A stretch of DNA of 64,000 nucleotides from Octopus sinensis (taxonomy: Eukaryota), in contig NC_043004.1 in NCBI RefSeq assembly GCF_006345805.1, positions 6,510,001-6,574,000 on the forward strand, in the 5' to 3' direction. The notes below the pieces were generated by a model. It saw only the letters and a list, made by a program, of their open reading frames with translations. It made no database searches and was not told the origin of the DNA. Both the position numbers and the translations under genes were made by a program. Shown here piece by piece: positions 1 through 12,057 of this stretch (its first letter is position 1; every line of letters starts with the position of its first letter).

Positions 1-180
1 TTTTCTAATCGCTTGAGACTCTAACCTCTGTTGTTTCTGCTCTGGTGTTTCTTGTTCCCTCAAGCAAGCTTTCCTGGTTGTTTCAAATTGAAGTATTACT
101 TCCTGCTGCTCTTGTGTCTCCATGGCATTTTGTTGCCTCTGATATTGGAGTCTGTCCTGCCTTTCTTATTTTTTCCTAGC
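1..180 (-). mobile_element. Degenerate STPR-repeat coding fragment, probably Helitron-derived (runs off window start)
   Basis: Minus strand reads *ERQDRLQYQRQQNAM-ETQEQQEVILQFETTRKACLREQ-ETPEQKQQRLESQAIRK: ET.EQ motifs 23 aa apart, with an in-frame stop upstream. Confidence 0.5.
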
Positions 181-2166
181 CCTTCAGCTTCCAGAGTGTC
201 AGGCTTCAGATGATTGAAAAGTGTTATGCTCTCTTCTATGCATCATATTGAATGTTCTAAAAAAAAAATATCTGAAAAATCAAAAATAAATCCCGTTACA
301 TTTAATTCATTTTATTTATTTATTTTTTTGTTTCTAAATTCATTTATGTATCTTTATTTCATCCAAGTATCAAGCTTCATATAAATCGGTCCAGTATAAC
401 AATTATACTGTCTATAGATACCATCAAACTTTCACAAAATGAAAATACAATTTCTTCAAATCATAGCACATGTAACACGAGGAATGTTCAAATTATGATA
501 TAGTAGAAAAGCATGGAAGACAGACATTAAAAGATGATGATGAGGTTATAAAATACTTGGAGGGCCATTGAATCTCTTGAGTTCATTCGACCTTTGCTGG
601 ATCTTATTTTTCCTCTTGAAGGGTATCCAAAAGGCTTGGTGGTGTTAACAGTTTAGTATTTAATGGCTCAGTCTTGCAACAGGTTGCACTAAGCTACATG
701 TTACCAGTGGCACACAAAAGCAACCTGACATACTTGGCTACATACTGCCTGCAGAAAAAAGGCATAACTGTCATGGCTGGAAGTGTTTTGATCACATGTC
801 TGTTCAGTCAGTACTAACTAGGAGCTAAACAACAATCCTTTAACCTTGACTTGGCATTTGTTCTTTTTTAGACTGTGGCACACTTCCCCAGATTTCTCTA
901 CTATGAGCTACCAATAAACTTTAGCAAATTCCACAATTTGCTACTACTACCTTCATATCAAACCAATCCTGAAATGCCCTTTTAAATCTGTCAGATGTGT
1001 CTCCACATTTTTCTTTTGATCGGTTAAAACTAAAGAATATCATTTTTTCTTTTTCGGTGTAGCTGTATGGTTAAGAACCTTGCTTTTCAAACCATGTAAT
1101 TTTGGGTTCAGTCCCACTGCACAGCACCTTGGGGAAGTGCCATCTATTATAGGTGATATTTGTTGACATTCCCTGTGCTTATATTTTTGAAGACAAGTGG
1201 AATAAAAATTTCCTTACTTGAAAAATAGTTAAGGGTTAACAACAGGAAGGGTATTTGACCATGAAACAATGCCTCAATGCTAGGTCTTCCTCAGACTCGT
1301 GCTGACATGTAAAAATATGTAAAATGAACCAATTAACTAAGTACAAATTGCAGAAAGGATTGTCACTTGGATGTACCATGATTTTAAAATGCTTTGATAA
1401 ATAATAAATGCACCCTTTTAAAGCCTAGCCAGGCTCATGGGCCCGGTTTCCCAGTTTCTATGGTGTATGTGTTCTCCAGCTGGACAGGACGCTAGTCCTT
1501 CGCAGCATTACTCATTTTTGCCAGCTGAGTGGACTGGAAATGAAGTGAAATGAAGTGTTTTGCTCAAGAACACAACACGTCACCCAGTCCAGGAATTGAA
1601 ACCACAAAGCCATGCACCTCCACTATTAACTAATTAAAATAAAACAAGAACTAATAATATATTAAGGCTTATTTTAATTACTTTCTTTTACCTACATTTA
1701 CTTGTTTCAGTTGTTGGACCATGACCATGCTGGAGCACTGCCTTCAAGAGTTTAATCGAACAAATTGACCCTTGTACTTGTTTTTCATAAGTCCAGTACT
1801 TCTATTATTGGTCTCTTTTGCCAAACCACTTAGATGTGGGGATGTAAACAAACAAGTACCAGTTGTCAATTAGTATTGGGAGACAAACACACACACACAT
1901 TCACACACGTATATATGACAACCCTCCACATAGTTTCCAAGTACCAAATTCACTCACAAGACATTGGTCAAACCAGGGCTTATAGCAAAAGACATTTGCC
2001 CAAGGTGCTGCACAGTGGGATTGAACATGAAACCACAGGGTCGCAAAGTGAGCTACTTAACCACACAGCCGTGTCTGTGCCTATTAATTATATTATCCTC
2101 TTAACCTCTTTTATTGTCTGTAGCCGAATGAAATCATAATTAATTGAGTTTTTGTATTTATTTCAG

Positions 2167-2604
2167 TGAGCCAGAATATCAAAGACATGAATTTAATGGA
2201 TTATGGTATGTGGATAACTGTCGTGGTTCTGCATTTATTGGCAATTGTTTGGGCTGTTGTGGCTGCTGGATTTACATTGTTCAATTTATTTGGTAAACCA
2301 ATAGAGACTATCACCGGACCTTTTGGTCTCTATGTATGGAATGGGTGTGCTGGTAAGCTTATCACTTTATTGCTTGTTGTTCAAAGTTCCAAAGTTTCAA
2401 TATGTAAAATGTTCGTTCACTCACACACATTTATAACTCAATAAACTGAAAGCAAATATGAATTGCAACTACTTTGCTGCTAGTCATTCATTGTGCTGAA
2501 GTATTCCCATGACCTTATGACAAACAATTCATCTCCTAATCTCTCTTATCTTTGATTTGTTTCAGTCATTGAACTGTGGCCATGCTGGGGCAATGCCTTG
2601 AAGG

Positions 2605-2658
<54 letters not shown>

Positions 2659-5470
2659 CACACACACACATATCAAGAATTTAATTTAAGAACAAACATA
2701 GAATTCAAGTTAACAAACTTTATATATCCACGCTTCTACACTTCATTACATATAAATGATACCATGGGTTTAAAATGTTAAAAAAACAACAACACCAGGT
2801 AAAAATATAAAATACACAGGATCCACACAGAAAACGTATATAAAATTCAACTAAAAATTATATAAAAAAGATTATTACAGTAAGTAAATCGACTAAAAAT
2901 TTAAAGAGAAAAGTATATAAAATAAAGTTATACCCAACCATGAAAATTGTATATAAAATGTAAATGTCAATATAGTTGTAGTCCATGATAATTGTAGGAG
3001 CATGATATGAATCCAATTGGGTAACTAATTTACATCTTCACAAATCATTCCAAAACATCCAACAACATATATTGTGAATTCTCTTGTCACTTCAATGAAT
3101 GACGGTTCAGCAAGACACAAATGCCCAGCATTCTGATACTGAAAAGCTGCCCTATGAATATTATTGTAATGGGCATGGTTTATGCAGATCCAGTCCCATA
3201 CTCGTGACCTTTAGTCTTGTATTGGTCTGATGCAGTAAGTGCTGTGAGCCCAGTAGTTATTAAGATGCAGGATTTGTATGGAGTTTTCTTCTCTTAGATG
3301 TGTGGCTAAAGAGCTGAAAGGTTTCATCTGCCTTGAGTCTACTGGGCTGCTTGTGACCATCTGTCTTTTGGAGGCAATTCCATGACATGTTAATTAACCT
3401 TTACCTGAAACCCTGATAGGGACTACTACTTAGGGTCAGAAGAGACCTAGGAACAAAAGTGGCTAAGAGGTGGTTCCACACTTCTCAAAACCCTGGAATT
3501 TCTGAAGCAGGGCCTCACTACTGGATCCAGTATTAAGTCACACCCAGAAAAAAATATTTGCATATACATAGACACAGGTGTAGCTGTGTGGTAAGAAGCT
3601 TGCTTTAAGGTGGCGAGCTGGCAGAAACGTTAGCACGCCAGGCGAAATGCTTGGCAGTTCTGAGTTCAAATTCCTCCGAGGTCGACTTTGTCTTTCATCC
3701 TTTCGGGGTCGCTAAATTAAGTACCATTTACACACTGGGGTCGATGTAATCGACTTAATCCCTTTGACTATCCCCTCTATGTTTAGCTCCTTGTGGGCAA
3801 TAAAGAAATAAGAAGCTTGCTTCCCAACCACATAGTTCCAGTTTCAGTCCAACTGCATGGCAAATTGGGCAAGTGTCTTCTACTACAGCCTTGGGCCGAC
3901 CAAAGCCTTTTGAATGGAGTTAGTAGACAGAAACTGAAAGAAGCTCATCATACATATGTGTGTGTGTGTGTCTGTTTTTGTCCCTCCACCACGGCTTGAC
4001 AACTGGTATTGGTGTATTTACATCCCTGTAACTTAGCGATTCAACAAAAGATACCAATATAATAAGTACTAGGCTTAAAAAACAAGTCCTAGAGGTGATT
4101 TGTTCAACTAAAACCCTTCAAGGCCGTGCTCCAGCATAGCCACAGTCAAATCACTGAAACAAGTAAAAGAATGTACTGGTCAAGTAAGATTTGGGTAAAA
4201 ACCTTGTAGTATGCTATGCAAAGCATGGCCATAGTTGTTGGCATCATACAGCAGGAATGATCCTGCTACTGGATATACATCAAGAATTCCATTGTATCCA
4301 ACAATTTGACCTCTTTGAAAGTCCGATAGATTTAATGAATTTTAATTACCTTTTTCTGATGGTATCTGAAAAGAAACAGCAGTTTTAGCAAAACATTAAG
4401 CAACACTAATATTAGATCAAAAAATATAAAAATGAACAAGCTTTTGCTGGTTTTATAGATATTTCAAAATTTTGATGCTATGTGTTTCCATTAATTTCTC
4501 CAACACCTGTATATGATCATAATCACCATCATTTAACGTCCGCTTTCCATGCTAGCATGGGTTGGACGATTTTGACTGAGGGCTGGTGAACCAGATGGCT
4601 GCACCAGGCTCCAATCTTGATCTGGCAGAGTTTCTACAGCTGGATGCCCATATATATATATATATCAAAATTTCTCCCCCCCCCCCCCACTACTGCTTGA
4701 CAACTGGTGCTGGTGTATTTACATCCCTGTAACCTAGTAGTTCAGTAAAAGAGACTGATTGAATAAATACCAGGTTTTAAAGGTATGAGCTGGGATCAAT
4801 ACATTTGACTGAAAGTTCTTCAAAGCAGTGCTCCAGCATGGCCACAGTCCGATGACTGAAACGAGTAAAAAGAAAAAATAGCACTAGTGGTGCTCCAGCA
4901 TGACCCCAGCATTAGGGCTGAAACATGTAAAAGAATATAAAAAAAAAAGTGAGTCAGGATATAAATTTAAAATTTTGTAAACAGTTCTCAGCTTGCAAAG
5001 TAGCTAAAATCTCTATAAGAAATGCAGGTAGTAACTCTACTGAAAAGGTTCTGTGTCATTAATGAGCTGGAGCAGGTGTCCTTTTGGGGTTAAAAAAGAG
5101 TAGTAATATTGTTCCGTATGGAACATCCATGTTAAAGTGGTAACAAACATTACAGTTCTTAGCTTCTTTATTTAATTATTTCTTTTTTCTTTCTTTTTCT
5201 ACAGCATCATTCACTCTGCTTTCAATTGTGATCTTTCTTGTCCTCTTCAAGACGAGTATCTACGACAAAAATATCTTTGAACAGGCTGAAATTAATACTG
5301 GGTGGAGATCTGTTGGACTCTCTCACCCAAGCTGGTCATTTTATATAAACCTGGGAGCCCTTGGGTGTTTCCTACTCAATATTTTGTTGCTCAAGATATC
5401 AGATGTGAGACCTTGTCGCCCCAGACTTACAAAAGAAGAGAAAGCAACACAAGATGATTTTATATACTAA
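2167..5470 (+). CDS. CLRN: Clarin-family tetraspan membrane protein, last two exons (first exon upstream of window)
   Basis: Exons 2167-2352 (ttcag|...|gtaag) and 5205-5470 (ctacag|...TAA), both introns phase 1. Peptide FNLFGKPIETITGPFGLYVWN...SFYINLGALGCFLLNILLLKIS...DDFIY* parallels clarin-1 YNAFGKPFETLHGPLGLYL...DLMY*. AATAAA motifs near 5740-5780. Paralogue not assignable. Confidence 0.85.
2609..2654. repeat. (TA)n microsatellite
   Basis: Direct reading; similar runs at about 18845-18886 and 46353-46402. Confidence 0.95.
3606..3808 (+). mobile_element. SINE family B nested in a SINE A head, 14-bp TSD
   Basis: taagaagcttgctt at 3592-3605 and 3809-3822. Confidence 0.9.
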
Positions 5471-7376
5471 ATATTCACACTATTTTCTGTATTCAGAAGC
5501 ACTAATACTTTCTTTCTGGTCTAATCATGCCAAAAGAACTCAGGAAATATTACTGTTAAATTACTATTGTGTTTTGAAAAAAAAAACTGTCTCAGTTTAA
5601 TATTTACTCTTAGCGTTCATTGCTACTTGTAACATTAGACTATATAACTTTCCATCCACACATATTTCTTCCTGTTATTCTTAGACTTCTACTTTCACAA
5701 CTTCCATTCATTTCATTGTAACCATGATTATGTTCCATCAATAAATTGTATGCTTAAAGTCTTTTGGTAAATTAAATAAAGACAAACTCATTGTATTTTA
5801 CAAAATGTATTCTTTTAATGTTACCTTGAGAAAACTTAGACAGAGAGGAGAGGGACGATGCTTTATTTACTAAAAAGTACAACTTTGGAATTAGCGATTC
5901 CTTCTTGGAATCTGCCCCACTACCTTCTTGCTTACCTTAACCTCCATCTCCTACTATAAAGCTTAGGTTTCATTGTCTTGTGAGGTCGCCAGGTTTCTCA
6001 CTAGTGCCAAAACAGACTGTGAATGACAATCCATTGGATCCTGTTAAACCACCCAACCCATGCCATCATGGATCGCAGATGACTTCAAGTGGAACCCTTC
6101 TGTAAGTGAGCACTAACTGTCCTTGTTGGCCTACTCAGGTGAAGTGTACAGACTAAGGGGCAAAGTGCTTGTTACCCAGAGATACCTGATAGTGGATATG
6201 GAAGTGTTTCCAACATTGCAATGGATTTAGAAGAGCTTGCAAAACCTCTGAGTAAATCCTGAAGTTTCTGCATGGGTCAAAGCATTTCTGATGCTTATTT
6301 CACCTTCAGCTGTTGATGCTTTATCAACTCTGAAATGGAAGCGACCAAAATGAGAGTCAATTACTCCTAAATATGTTTTCAGCTTTCAGTGTACAAGACT
6401 GTGTGATTTTCTTTGCTAGTTTCAGTCTACCTCATATGCCGTAGAAGATATTTTACCCAAGGTGTTGCAGAGTAAGTTCAAACCCAGAGTGACATAGATG
6501 CAAAGTACACTTCTTAATATCACATACCCATACCCTTATAGATGTAATTTTTAAAAATCTGTTAATAGCGTAGATTTTAAATGAGCTTACTTTTATTTGT
6601 CTAGGAGTACTATGCCTTTGCTAAAAATAGCTGTTAAATATCTCCCAACTCAAACATGTCTTACAACAATGGACACATTCAGTAATGTGGTTCTAGACAG
6701 CGCTGAAAAAAATGGGATGGCCATGGCTGGAATGAAGGTTCTTCAGTCGAGGTGGACTGGCAACTGACAACACTACAATCAACAGAATCTTGATATTAAC
6801 TAGGGAATCCTTTTTTACATCAATTACTCATATATTTCTGGTCAAAAACAAGGCATTTTATAACCAATACCCAGAACGCAGGAATCCGGTGTCCAAAACT
6901 TTCCCTAAATTATTTCCATCATACATAAGTTAAAGGAAACGGAAACAGTATAGTCCACTATTGAATGTTGATTTCTGAAGCATCAGATAGGAAAGAGGTG
7001 GGGGGAACGGAAAGCTATTCCAAGGGAGGTAATAAAGGCCATCAATATGAATTTATCAGTTGTCTTCCCATTAACTAGTTTGCAACATTTCTGATATTCC
7101 TACCCTCCTATACTGGAAATATCTTGCTATGTATAGGCCATAGAAAAAGGTCAGCGTTTTTTATTAAAAGCATTTCACTACAAGCAGTAATGCCCAATGG
7201 AAGAAAATGAACGTCACTCACACATTTAAGTCCAGAAAAGAAAATACCATAAATTCTTTCATCATTATTTTCCCATGGCTGGACATGTTCTCACAGAATA
7301 TTCAAAATAAATAACAGCTTGGTAATTGGAAATGATTGTCAATTATATAAGCTGTATTAAAACAGGGACACACACA

Positions 7377-7558
7377 TAGGGTGTTCATAAATCCTTTTTA
7401 CAACTTCCACAATTTATTGCATTGTGCCATCCAGATATGTTGCATGCAATCAATAGGCCCTATGTGGAAGTGTTAATATTTCTAATAAAATTTTGTTTTC
7501 CAATAGACTCTTTCTGAATTTTTCTAACTGTAAAGGTAAATTTATGGACACCCCGTAT
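7377..7558. mobile_element. Tc1/mariner-type MITE
   Basis: Imperfect TIRs tagggtgttcataaat / atttatggacaccccgta around about 150 bp of non-coding sequence. Confidence 0.55.
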
Positions 7559-8089
7559 AGATATACACACACACATATATATATCATCATCATCATCGGA
7601 GAACGGACGTTAAACGATGATGATGATATATATATAATAATAAGAGTAAATAATTTCTATAATGGTTTTTAAAAAAAGACCACAATTATTTACTGGTAGA
7701 ATTCGGTATGTAAATATAGCCGATTAACGGTAGGAACTTTTGTAAAGTTCAGTATATATATATTGTATATAAGAAAAAAGGGACAGGCAACAGGTTGCTT
7801 GACCGCACACCAAAAAAGTAGAAATAGCAATCAAGAATGCTTATTTCTATTTTCCAGAAGTGGGGCTCCACACACGACAAACCCTGCAATTCACATATGC
7901 AAAACAGAAGGAATATATATATAGATTAAAGTAGAAATAAAAAAAAAAACTGTTTGGCATCATTTGAAAAAGACAATTTAGAATAAGAATATAGATATAC
8001 AGTCTCTTGAAGATGTTTATAGAATAGCCAAACATGTGGATTATCATATTGCACTCATAGTACATACTTCAAGTCAGTTGATGAAAATT

Positions 8090-8667
8090 CCTTACAAGTG
8101 ATGAGAATCAAACATCTAGTCAACATCATGGTGTTTGAAGTGATCTCTAATGATGGCAACATTCATCTTCTCACCCAGCCTGGCTCAACATGAAGACCTA
8201 CATCAAGTACCTGGAGGAGGTAGTGCTGCCCTGAGTCAAAAGGGTAGCTGCAGGAAGACCCCTATGTCTGGTAACAAGACTGTACCATGGAACGTGAGCA
8301 GATCCCAGCCATGGCTACCAGACAATTTCTGCAACCACATCACCTTAAACTCCCCAGACTGCAACCCCTTTGATTATTATTTGTGAGGTGCAGTTGAGCA
8401 AGAGACCAACAAAACTCTTTGTAACACCAAAGATGAACTGATTATGGTAGCATTCATCAACTTACACAAGGAGACCGTCCAGAAGAGTTGCAGGAGATTC
8501 CAAAATCATCTGGAGGCTGTGGTTGAAGCCAGTGGCAATTTTTCTGAATAAATTTACTTTAGAATTAAAATATTTTTATGCAATTTTGGTAAATATATTT
8601 TAAGATGAGATGTCTGTTATTTTCATTTTGTGTAATTTAGACAACAGTTTATTCACCACACCCTGTA
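8090..8667 (+). mobile_element. Tc1/mariner transposase 3' remnant with right TIR
   Basis: Broken reading YLEEVVLP*VKRVA...QPWLPDNF...NSPDCNPFDYY (SPDLNP.DY motif); ends ...caccacaccctgTA. Confidence 0.8.
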
Positions 8668-8675
8668 TGTTTGTG

Positions 8676-8711
<36 letters not shown>

Positions 8712-9147
8712 GGTTTTAGGAAAGGCATCCAGCAGTAGAAACCATGCCAAAATAGACATGGAGCCCAGGCAGCTCTCCGAACCATCCAACCCATGCTGGC
8801 ATGAAGAACAGACATTGAATGATAATTATGGTGTGAAATTCTACAAGTTTTTTTCAATCTGTTTATTTTGTTATTCTTTTCTGTTGAAGAGCTTATGCTC
8901 AAAACATAAGCAACTTCATTTTCTCCGAACGTCAAACTAATATACTTGCTTGTTGTTCATACACCTGTCTTCTTGCTTTTCTATAAATTTCAACATTATA
9001 TTCTTTTACTTATTTCAGTCCTTTGACTGCAGCCATGATGGAGCACCACTTTTAGTCAAGCAATTCAGCCCCAGGATTTATTCTTTGTTAGCCTAGTACT
9101 TATTCTATTGGTCTCTTTTGCCAAGCCACTAAGCTACTGGACATAAA

Positions 9148-9688
9148 TGAGGTGATAAACCTCTTACATTCAGATAGACTCCACGTCCTTACAAAATGAG
9201 GCACTAAGCCTCTTACCTTTTTGTTTCCAAAAAAGGAATTACAATTCGAGGCATTAAAGCCACTTACTTCCATGCCCAACTAGGCACACTGCCTCATTCA
9301 AGCACCTGGACAGTGCCAAGTCAGGACATTTTAGCAGAAATTTAAATATGTCCTTGGGGAAGGAGTTCATTATCCTGCACAAGTCGGTTTCCCCTACAAC
9401 CGCTGCAACCACCTGCGAAGGCCAATCAGGGCCCTCAATGCAGAACAGAACCCCTTCCCTCTGGCTTTATATTCTCACCTTCTTTACGAAGTTTTCTAAA
9501 GCCCCTCCCTTGTGAGGCTTTAAACAACTACAAGCAGACAATTTGCCAGGAGCTCAGTGGAGATTTCTTATTCGGCAAAATAAACACGAGCAACAAACCC
9601 CCAATGAATCCAAGAAAAAAAAAAAGTCTTACCTGGTAATTGTGCTTCACTTGTTCAATAATTCACGACATTGGTGTCATGACTCCTA
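9148..9688 (+). mobile_element. LTR (TG...CA, about 523 bp) plus degenerate tRNA-His PBS, inserted in a SINE
   Basis: TG 9148, CA 9670, CCAAT 9422, TATA-like 9466-9473, AATAAA 9579. TGGTGTCATGACTC at 9672-9685 matches the tRNA-His PBS TGGTGCCGTGACTC at 12/14. The SINE appears interrupted at 9147 and resumes near 9755. Confidence 0.55.
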
Positions 9689-10551
9689 GCAATGCAAAGA
9701 AAACACTGACCAACGCATGCGCAGGGAAGCAAGCTTCTTACCACACAACCACACCTGCACATATCTATACCTATATGGCAGGCCTCTTTACAGCTTTTGT
9801 TGGCCTGAGACTATAGAAGACATTTGCCTAGGAATCTTCAACTACAGGCCAAAGAAAGCCAAATTTTAAATAGCACAAACCTGTTAATGAATAGTAAATT
9901 ACGTTGTCTAAACTCAGATGTTTTCAAATCCAGTACAAAGATACTTACCTCAACCAATATCCTGGATGGATTATCTTTAACATCACAATAGAAATATAGA
10001 ATTCAGTTAAAGGTATTCTTATCCTCTGCACTCAATAAATGCAAGAGATATCTAATGTGTTTGAACCGAATAACTTCAATGCTCAGCTTGATGCTAAAGA
10101 CAATTCTCTCATCTCACTGGCATCTGTGTGGCAAGAAGTTTGCTTCACAACCACGTGTTTCTGGGTTCAGTCCCACTGTGTAGCACCTTGGCAAGTGTCT
10201 TCTATTATAGTCTCAGGCTGATCAAAACCTTGTGAGTGGATTCGGTAGACAGAAACCAAAAGAAGCTCATTGAGTGGGTGAGTGTGTTTGTTCACCAGCA
10301 TCACTCAACTATTGGTGCTTGTGTGCTTATGTTCCTGTAACGTGGTTTGGCAAAAGATTGATAAAATAAGTACCAGGCTTACAAGAAAAAATTCTGAGGT
10401 CGATTCATTTGACTAAAAATTCTTCCAGCTAGTGCCCCAGTATGGCTGCAGTCCAATGACTGAAACAAGATAAAAGAATATCTAGTTAATCACCACTGCA
10501 AATGTTGAAAAGGCCCATTATTTATACAATCTCGTATCACCACCATTTTAA

Positions 10552-10754
10552 CCCTTTCGTTACTGTATTTATTTTGAGATGCTCTGTGTTTCTTTCAATT
10601 ATTTGAAATATAACAAAGAAAAATAACTTAGTTATGATTCAGCTAGTGTTAGGAACATAACTTGTGACTAAGGTTTGGTGGAAGATTTTAATTCAAAACT
10701 TATGAAAACAAGACATTTTACCACAGAGCCGGAGCCAGGTTAGTAACAAAAGGG
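10552..10754. mobile_element. piggyBac-type MITE with TTAA TSD
   Basis: TTAA|ccctttcgttact ... tagtaacaaaaggg|TTAA. Confidence 0.75.
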
Positions 10755-12057
10755 TTAATGTCCCCTTTTCTATACCTGCATAGGTTAGATAGAATTTGTT
10801 TTGATATATGGAAGTTTCAAATTGAAGAAAATATCTCAAAACTGTCTGACCTATGCATAAAAAGTGGATGTTAAAATGACAAAAGCATCTTAGCATCCAG
10901 CTGCTAATTTGAAAATTCAAAAAAATCAAGAATTACATATTAGTTTACATTAAATGAGAAAAATCAAACCCAACAAATTTTAGCACATATTTATTACGGA
11001 ATTCCAACAATTTGAGAGATAAGAAAAACCAGTTTTCTTTCTCAAAAGTCCAGGGACAGTCAGACACAGACAGACAGACAAAACAAAACAAGTGTAGTTT
11101 ACTTGCCACATTAACTTATAACAATAATTGCTATAAGTAAATATTACAAATTTTAATGTTTTTCATTAATTGAACATATTTTGCTGAATTGGAATAACAA
11201 GAAAACACCTCAAATATCAATTAAGAACAATTATTTTGTTTTCCACTATAACGCAATGTAAGAAATGAAATGATCAAATAGATAAGTTACCGAACTTGTC
11301 TCGATGTGATTTCAAATTTCATGCAATTTTATATGAAATGTGTGTGTTGTTTTTTTTTTTAGGTAGTGGTGGCTGAATACTCAGATGCATTCTCATTTGC
11401 TTCAGTTTAACCAAGTTGCTGTGGGTTAGGGTACTTAGATTTCAAAGGAAAAGTCAATACAGTTGACCCTCCATGATACCCAAGTGCAGTTAAGAAATGT
11501 TAGACATTGGATAAATAATTTTATAGCACAATAGTCACAGCTGGCCAGAGAGGGGGGAGCTTACTGGTTAAAACATCACTAATTCATGCTGATTATATCC
11601 AAGAAAAAAAAAAAAAAAAAATCAACTCGTATTTACTCAAACTTCAAGATGAGTGAAGGTGTCAGTGGCTATGCAGATAACAATGTTTTTTTTTTTTAGT
11701 TCAAATATGTTAATATTTACACAATTTATGTACATCAGTTCCTTACACTTCATAAATTAATAAAAGGAAATGATTCTGAAAAGAAATTTATAATACTTTG
11801 TAACAAAATTACATGTTGAAGGATTTACAAATTACTTGAATGTGATGCAAGGCTAGCTGGTTTTTTTAAATTTATTAGAAAATTTCTTTACATGATGGCT
11901 ACTTTATGTGTAACAGTTTCTAAATATCCTAAACAGTAATATCAAGATAATTTCACAATATTACAGAAAATCCTGGCAAATATCAAAAGGTTAAATTTTA
12001 TCAAAAATAATTTTAATTTTAGAAATATTGAATTTCTAAATGTCTCAAAGAGACATG

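Noticed and set aside
1834-2139. This and most other 60-120 aa ORFs in the track
   Set aside because: They overlap SINEs, microsatellites or antisense LINE frames and recur wherever the repeat recurs.
6820-7350. Possible L1/Tx1-type RT remnant on the minus strand
   Set aside because: No diagnostic motif recoverable by eye.
9633-9686. Minus-strand segment with good splice signals
   Set aside because: Closed in all three frames and lies across the LTR/PBS junction.
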